Notes under the pieces: model-generated
The model's database searches: none
Told to the model about the DNA's origin: nothing
Seen by the model: the letters and a program-made list of their open reading frames with translations, nothing else
Assembly: GCA_040386535.1 (NCBI GenBank)
Contig: JAZKFH010000021.1
Span: 1-20,311 of the forward strand
Length of the DNA stretch: 20,311 nt
Reading direction: 5' to 3'
Source of the DNA: Myxococcota bacterium
Lineage (GTDB): Bacteria; Myxococcota_A; UBA796; SXON01
Position numbers and translations under genes: made by a program
Shown here: piece after piece, positions 17,006 to 20,311 of the stretch
How the letters are laid out: every line of letters starts with the position of its first letter
Numbering within the stretch: position 1 is the stretch's first letter

Positions 17006-17845
17006 CTACCCCGACAACCGCGCCCGCAGCCCGCCGAGCCCCATCGTGCGCTCCATGGCGAGCACCGCCAGGCGGTTGCCGAGCCCCGGTGACAGGCGAC
17101 GCAACAGGTCGAGCGCGGTGGTCTCCGGGCACACGAGCACGCGGTGGCGCTCGGCGGTGATGGCCGCCACGATCGCGTCGGCCACGCGGTCCGGGGGCGC
17201 GGCGCGGCGCTGGAAGAAGGTCTTCAGGCGGCCGAGCGTCGCGTCGTCCGCGGGGGCGTTGGCGGCGAGCCGCGCGTCCTCCACGATGCGGGTCTTCACG
17301 CCGCCGGGGTGCACCACCGAGAGCCCGACGGGGCCGCCGCGGAGCTCCTCGTAGAGCGCCTCGGACAACCCACGCACGGCGTACTTGGACGCACAATACG
17401 CGGTCTGCCCCGGCACGCCGACGAGCCCGAACAGGCTGGAGATGTTCACGATCCAGCCGCGGTCGTGCCCCCGGAGCTGCGGCAGGAACGCGCGGCAGCC
17501 GTTCAACACGCCGTTGAAGTTGACCCCCATCACGCGCGCCCAATCCGCCGCGTCGTGCTCCTCGAAGGTGCCGAGCACGGTCACGCCCGCGTTGTTGACG
17601 AGCACGTGCGCACCGCCATGGCGACGACCGACCTCCTCGGCCAGCGCGGACACAGCCGCCGCGTCCGACACGTCCACCCGGTGCACCGAGAGCGCCCCCA
17701 CCGCGGCGCCCACCCGCTCGAGGCCCACGGCATCAACATCCGCGAGCACCAGCCGCGCCCCGCGCGCCGCCAGCGCCGCCGCCGTGGCCGCGCCGATCCC
17801 GCCCGCCGCGCCCGTCACCACCGCCACTCGCCCGCGAACGTCCAT
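17006..17845 (-). CDS. Short-chain dehydrogenase/reductase (SDR)
   Basis: 279 aa with TGAAGGIG, NNAG, NISS, YCASK and VHPGGVKT. GGAGGAG Shine-Dalgarno. Confidence 0.95.
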   Translation of the reverse strand: MDVRGRVAVVTGAAGGIGAATAAALAARGARLVLADVDAVGLERVGAAVGALSVHRVDVSDAAAVSALAEEVGRRHGGAHVLVNNAGVTVLGTFEEHDAADWARVMGVNFNGVLNGCRAFLPQLRGHDRGWIVNISSLFGLVGVPGQTAYCASKYAVRGLSEALYEELRGGPVGLSVVHPGGVKTRIVEDARLAANAPADDATLGRLKTFFQRRAAPPDRVADAIVAAITAERHRVLVCPETTALDLLRRLSPGLGNRLAVLAMERTMGLGGLRARLSG

Positions 17846-17865
17846 GCCGGCTCCTCCGGGCGCCT

Positions 17866-17899
17866 TTGCCGCGCGCCCGAAGTTGAACTATATTCAACT
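17866..17899 (+). promoter_or_regulatory. Promoter of the monooxygenase gene with a palindromic operator (putative TetR site 2)
   Basis: TTGCCG (17866-17871)-N17-TATATT (17889-17894). The perfect inverted repeat AGTTGAA-CTATA-TTCAACT at 17881-17899 covers the -10. Confidence 0.8.
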
Positions 17900-17901
17900 C
17901 C

Positions 17902-19176
17902 ATGGTGCCGGTCGACCACAGCGAACGCCTCCTGGTGATCGGCGCGGGCCCGACCGGCCTCGCCATGGCAAAGGCGCTCGCCGAGGCGGGCATCCCGTAC
18001 ACGCAGGTCGAGGCCACGCACGACGTGGGCGGCAACTGGGCGCACGGCGTGTACGAGACCGCCCACATCATCAGCTCGCGCAAGACCACCGAGTTCGCCG
18101 ACTTCCCCATGCCGGCCACGTACCCCGACTTTCCGTCGGGCAAGCAGATGCACGCCTATTTCCAGGCGTATGCAGAAGCGTTCGGCTTGCGTGACACGAT
18201 CCGGTTCGGCGCGGAGGTGACGCAGGTGGCGCCCGACGGGGCCGGGTGGGTCGTACAACTCGGGGACGGCACGCGCGAGCGTTACAAGGGCGTCGTGGTG
18301 TGCAACGGCCACCATTGGGCGCGCGTATTCCCCGCTTGGACGAAGGATTTCACCGGCGAGGTGCTCCACTCCAAGGACTACAAGCGGCCCGATCAGCTGG
18401 CAGGCAAGCGCGTGCTCATCGTGGGGGGTGGCAATTCGGGGTGTGACCTCGCCTCCGAGGCCGCGCGGGTGGGCCTCTCCGCCGACTGGAGCCTGCGCCG
18501 CGGATATTGGTTCCTCCCCAAGACGATCTTCGGCCGCCCCACCGTCGAGCTGCTCCACCCCTGGATGCCGGTGCCCATCCAGCGCCAGGTGATCCGCGCG
18601 CTCATCCGCATCGTGATCGGCCGATACTCGGACTATGGCCTGCCCGAGCCCGACCACGCCTTGTTCGAAGCGCATCCGTCGATCTGCACGGAGATCTTCC
18701 ACTACCTGAAGCACGGCCGCCTCACCCCGCGGCCGGACGTCGCGAGCGTGGCAGGCCGGATTGTCACGTTCACCGACGGCACCACCGGCGAGTACGACGT
18801 GGTGGCCCTCGGCACCGGGTTCGACCTCTCCTATCCCTTCCTGCCCGAAGGCACCGTGCCGGTGGTCCGCAAGGTGCCACAACTGTACGCGGGCATGTTG
18901 CGCCCCGAGCACCGCCACCTCTGGGTCGTGGGCGGATTGCAGGTGCGCTACGGGATCGGCCCGCTGCTGCGCCCGCTCGGCCTCCTCCTGGCGGATTGGG
19001 TGCGCCTCCAGGACGAGGTCGCCATCCCGCTCGGCGAGTTGATGCGACGCAGCGGCGAGCCCCTCCCCACCACCCACCTCGTCGATCCCCACGCGTCGAT
19101 CCGTCGCATGGCGCTCGGGCGCAAGGTGGTGCCGCTGTTGCGGTGGCGGGCGCGGCGGATGGGAGTCCTGACGTAG
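17902..19176 (+). CDS. Flavin-containing monooxygenase (class B, FMO-like)
   Basis: 424 aa. FAD motif GAGPTG, GGNW, FMO fingerprint FTGEVLHSKDYK (FxGxxxHxxxY), NADPH motif GGGNSG, and GTGF. Confidence 0.93.
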   Translation: MVPVDHSERLLVIGAGPTGLAMAKALAEAGIPYTQVEATHDVGGNWAHGVYETAHIISSRKTTEFADFPMPATYPDFPSGKQMHAYFQAYAEAFGLRDTIRFGAEVTQVAPDGAGWVVQLGDGTRERYKGVVVCNGHHWARVFPAWTKDFTGEVLHSKDYKRPDQLAGKRVLIVGGGNSGCDLASEAARVGLSADWSLRRGYWFLPKTIFGRPTVELLHPWMPVPIQRQVIRALIRIVIGRYSDYGLPEPDHALFEAHPSICTEIFHYLKHGRLTPRPDVASVAGRIVTFTDGTTGEYDVVALGTGFDLSYPFLPEGTVPVVRKVPQLYAGMLRPEHRHLWVVGGLQVRYGIGPLLRPLGLLLADWVRLQDEVAIPLGELMRRSGEPLPTTHLVDPHASIRRMALGRKVVPLLRWRARRMGVLT

Positions 19177-19185
19177 GAGGGTCGG

Positions 19186-19626
19186 GTGATCAACGAGCTC
19201 TTCATGTGTGTCCGGGGCGGGCACCGCGCGGCCCGCGGGGAGCACGGCGCGTTGTTGGTGAAGCACGTCGACGACGAGGCCCTGGAGTGCCTGGCCGCGG
19301 CCCTCCGGGCGCCGGGGGCCGATCCAATCCAGCCGGACGACGACGACGAGGGGGACGACGCGCTGTACACGGAGGTCAGCCCGTTGCTCCTGGAGGCGCT
19401 CGCGGCCACGGACGAGGAGGAGCTGCGCCGCGTCGGCGAACGCTGGATGGACCTGTGGATCGCGGATCTCGGCACGATCCCGGCGTACCGGGGCGTGGTG
19501 CCGGCAACCGCGCGGCCGACCCTCGACGGTGAGTGGGGATGGTGGCCCGCGCTCCAGCGGTTCGCGGCCCTCGCGCGGGCGGCGCGGCAGCGGGGTTGGA
19601 GCGTGTATCTGCGGAGCGTGTTGTGA
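19186..19626 (+). CDS. Hypothetical acidic protein
   Basis: 146 aa with a GTG start and an AGGAGG Shine-Dalgarno right after the FMO stop. High GC3; probably co-transcribed with the FMO. Confidence 0.7.
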   Translation: MINELFMCVRGGHRAARGEHGALLVKHVDDEALECLAAALRAPGADPIQPDDDDEGDDALYTEVSPLLLEALAATDEEELRRVGERWMDLWIADLGTIPAYRGVVPATARPTLDGEWGWWPALQRFAALARAARQRGWSVYLRSVL

Positions 19627-19654
19627 GCGGCGCGTCGGGATCGTAGGGGCGCCC

Positions 19655-19673
19655 CGCCTCGCCGGGCGAGGCG
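19655..19673 (+). terminator. GC-rich hairpin, possible terminator without a U-tract
   Basis: CGCCTCGC-CGG-GCGAGGCG about 30 nt after the stop at 19626. Confidence 0.3.
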
Positions 19674-19872
19674 TCGCCGTGCTGCGGGCGCGGCCTTCGG
19701 CCTTGGTCCGGCGGCGGCCGCCGGGACCGCGCCCCGCCCGAGCGCGGGGCGCGCCCTGCGCATGGCTGGCGCGGCCGGTGCTTGCGGGACCGCGACGGGA
19801 GCGTCCAAGGTGGGAGCATACGTGGGGTTCGCGCGTGATGGAGGAGCCGACCGCGGTGACGAGGTCCTGGCC

Positions 19873-20030
19873 GGGTCCGCCCGGAAATAATGTCCAGCAC
19901 CGAGGGCGACCCTGGGCCGCGGCCGCAAGGAGCGAGGAGGGAGCATGCCCGTAGGCATGTGACCGACGAGCGACGCCGCGGACGCGAGCCCAGGGGCGGC
20001 CGAATGCGGACATTATTGAGGAGCGGGCCC
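19873..20030. other. ~160-nt rod-like imperfect hairpin (candidate ncRNA or MITE-like element)
   Basis: Nested pairings: GGGTCCGC(19873)/GCGGGCCC(20023), AATAATGTCC(19886)/GGACATTATT(20008), CCCTGGGC/GCCCAGGG, CCGC/GCGG, and an apical CATGCC-CGTA-GGCATG. Confidence 0.5.
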
Positions 20031-20120
20031 TTACTCCATGGCGCCGAGGGTTGCCCGCGCGTGCAGTCGGCGCTGGAGTCCGCCGCGCTGGCGGTGATCC
20101 ACGGGCATGGAACCGGCCGA

Positions 20121-20311
20121 CCGTCCGAAGTGACGGGATGGGCGCGGATCCCCCGAGTTCGGACGGATATACCGTCCGAAGTGACGGGATGGGCGCGCAT
20201 CCCCCGAGTTCGGACGGATATACCGTCCGAAGTGACGGGATGGGCGCGGATCGCCAGAGTTCGGACGGATATACCGTCCGAAGTGACGGGATGGGCGCGC
20301 ATCCCCCGAGT
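20121..20311. repeat. 51-bp palindromic tandem repeat, 3 full copies plus a partial copy truncated by the window end
   Basis: Unit CCGTCCGAAGTGACGGGATGGGCGCG(G/C)ATCCCCCGAGTTCGGACGGATATA starting at 20121, 20172, 20223 and 20274. Confidence 0.95.

Noticed and set aside
19880..19905. dif-like site (ATAATGTCCA)
   Set aside because: The XerD arm (TTATGTTAAA-like) is missing.
20094..20117. VIHGHGTG on the plus strand, resembling the Smr/MutS2 nuclease motif
   Set aside because: Spacing to the upstream LHG is too short, the frame runs straight into the tandem repeat, and codon usage is unconvincing. It is chance or at most a small relic; BLASTx would settle it.
19376..20302. Protein with 17-aa repeats (RAHPVTSDGISVRTRG)
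   Set aside because: The open frame follows from a 51-bp period. The DNA palindromes point to a nucleic-acid-level constraint, and the rest of the ORF is low-complexity.
20121..20311. CRISPR array
   Set aside because: The units are near-identical end to end with no unique spacers, and no cas genes are present.

Overview
Very GC-rich bacterial DNA. The kinase-FGE, FHA, caspase and FG-GAP lipoprotein content suggests Myxococcota (inference). The left end is the minus-strand leader of a probable rRNA operon lying outside the window: three TTGACG promoters at an exact 96-bp period, then a boxB-like hairpin and a boxA-like motif. Next come a probable MFS pseudogene relic, a DUF1579 protein and a beta-lactamase-family lipoprotein. 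A candidate signalling/proteolysis module follows: a C14 caspase-like peptidase with an unrecognised C-terminal domain and GTTAC-N5-GTTAC repeats in its promoter, a Ser/Thr kinase-FGE protein, and a divergent FHA/winged-helix protein. The middle holds a 53-bp palindromic tandem repeat, three orphan-like genes, two lipoproteins (MopE-like/FG-GAP and GH31) and a DUF938 methyltransferase. A TetR cluster (metal-dependent hydrolase, SDR, flavin monooxygenase) shares a TTGAA-N5-TTCAA operator at two promoters. The right end has a ~160-nt rod-like hairpin and a 51-bp palindromic tandem repeat running off the window. Many genes look leaderless, and the lipoproteins have ultra-short, uncharged signal peptides. 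All family calls come from motif recognition by eye, not database searches.
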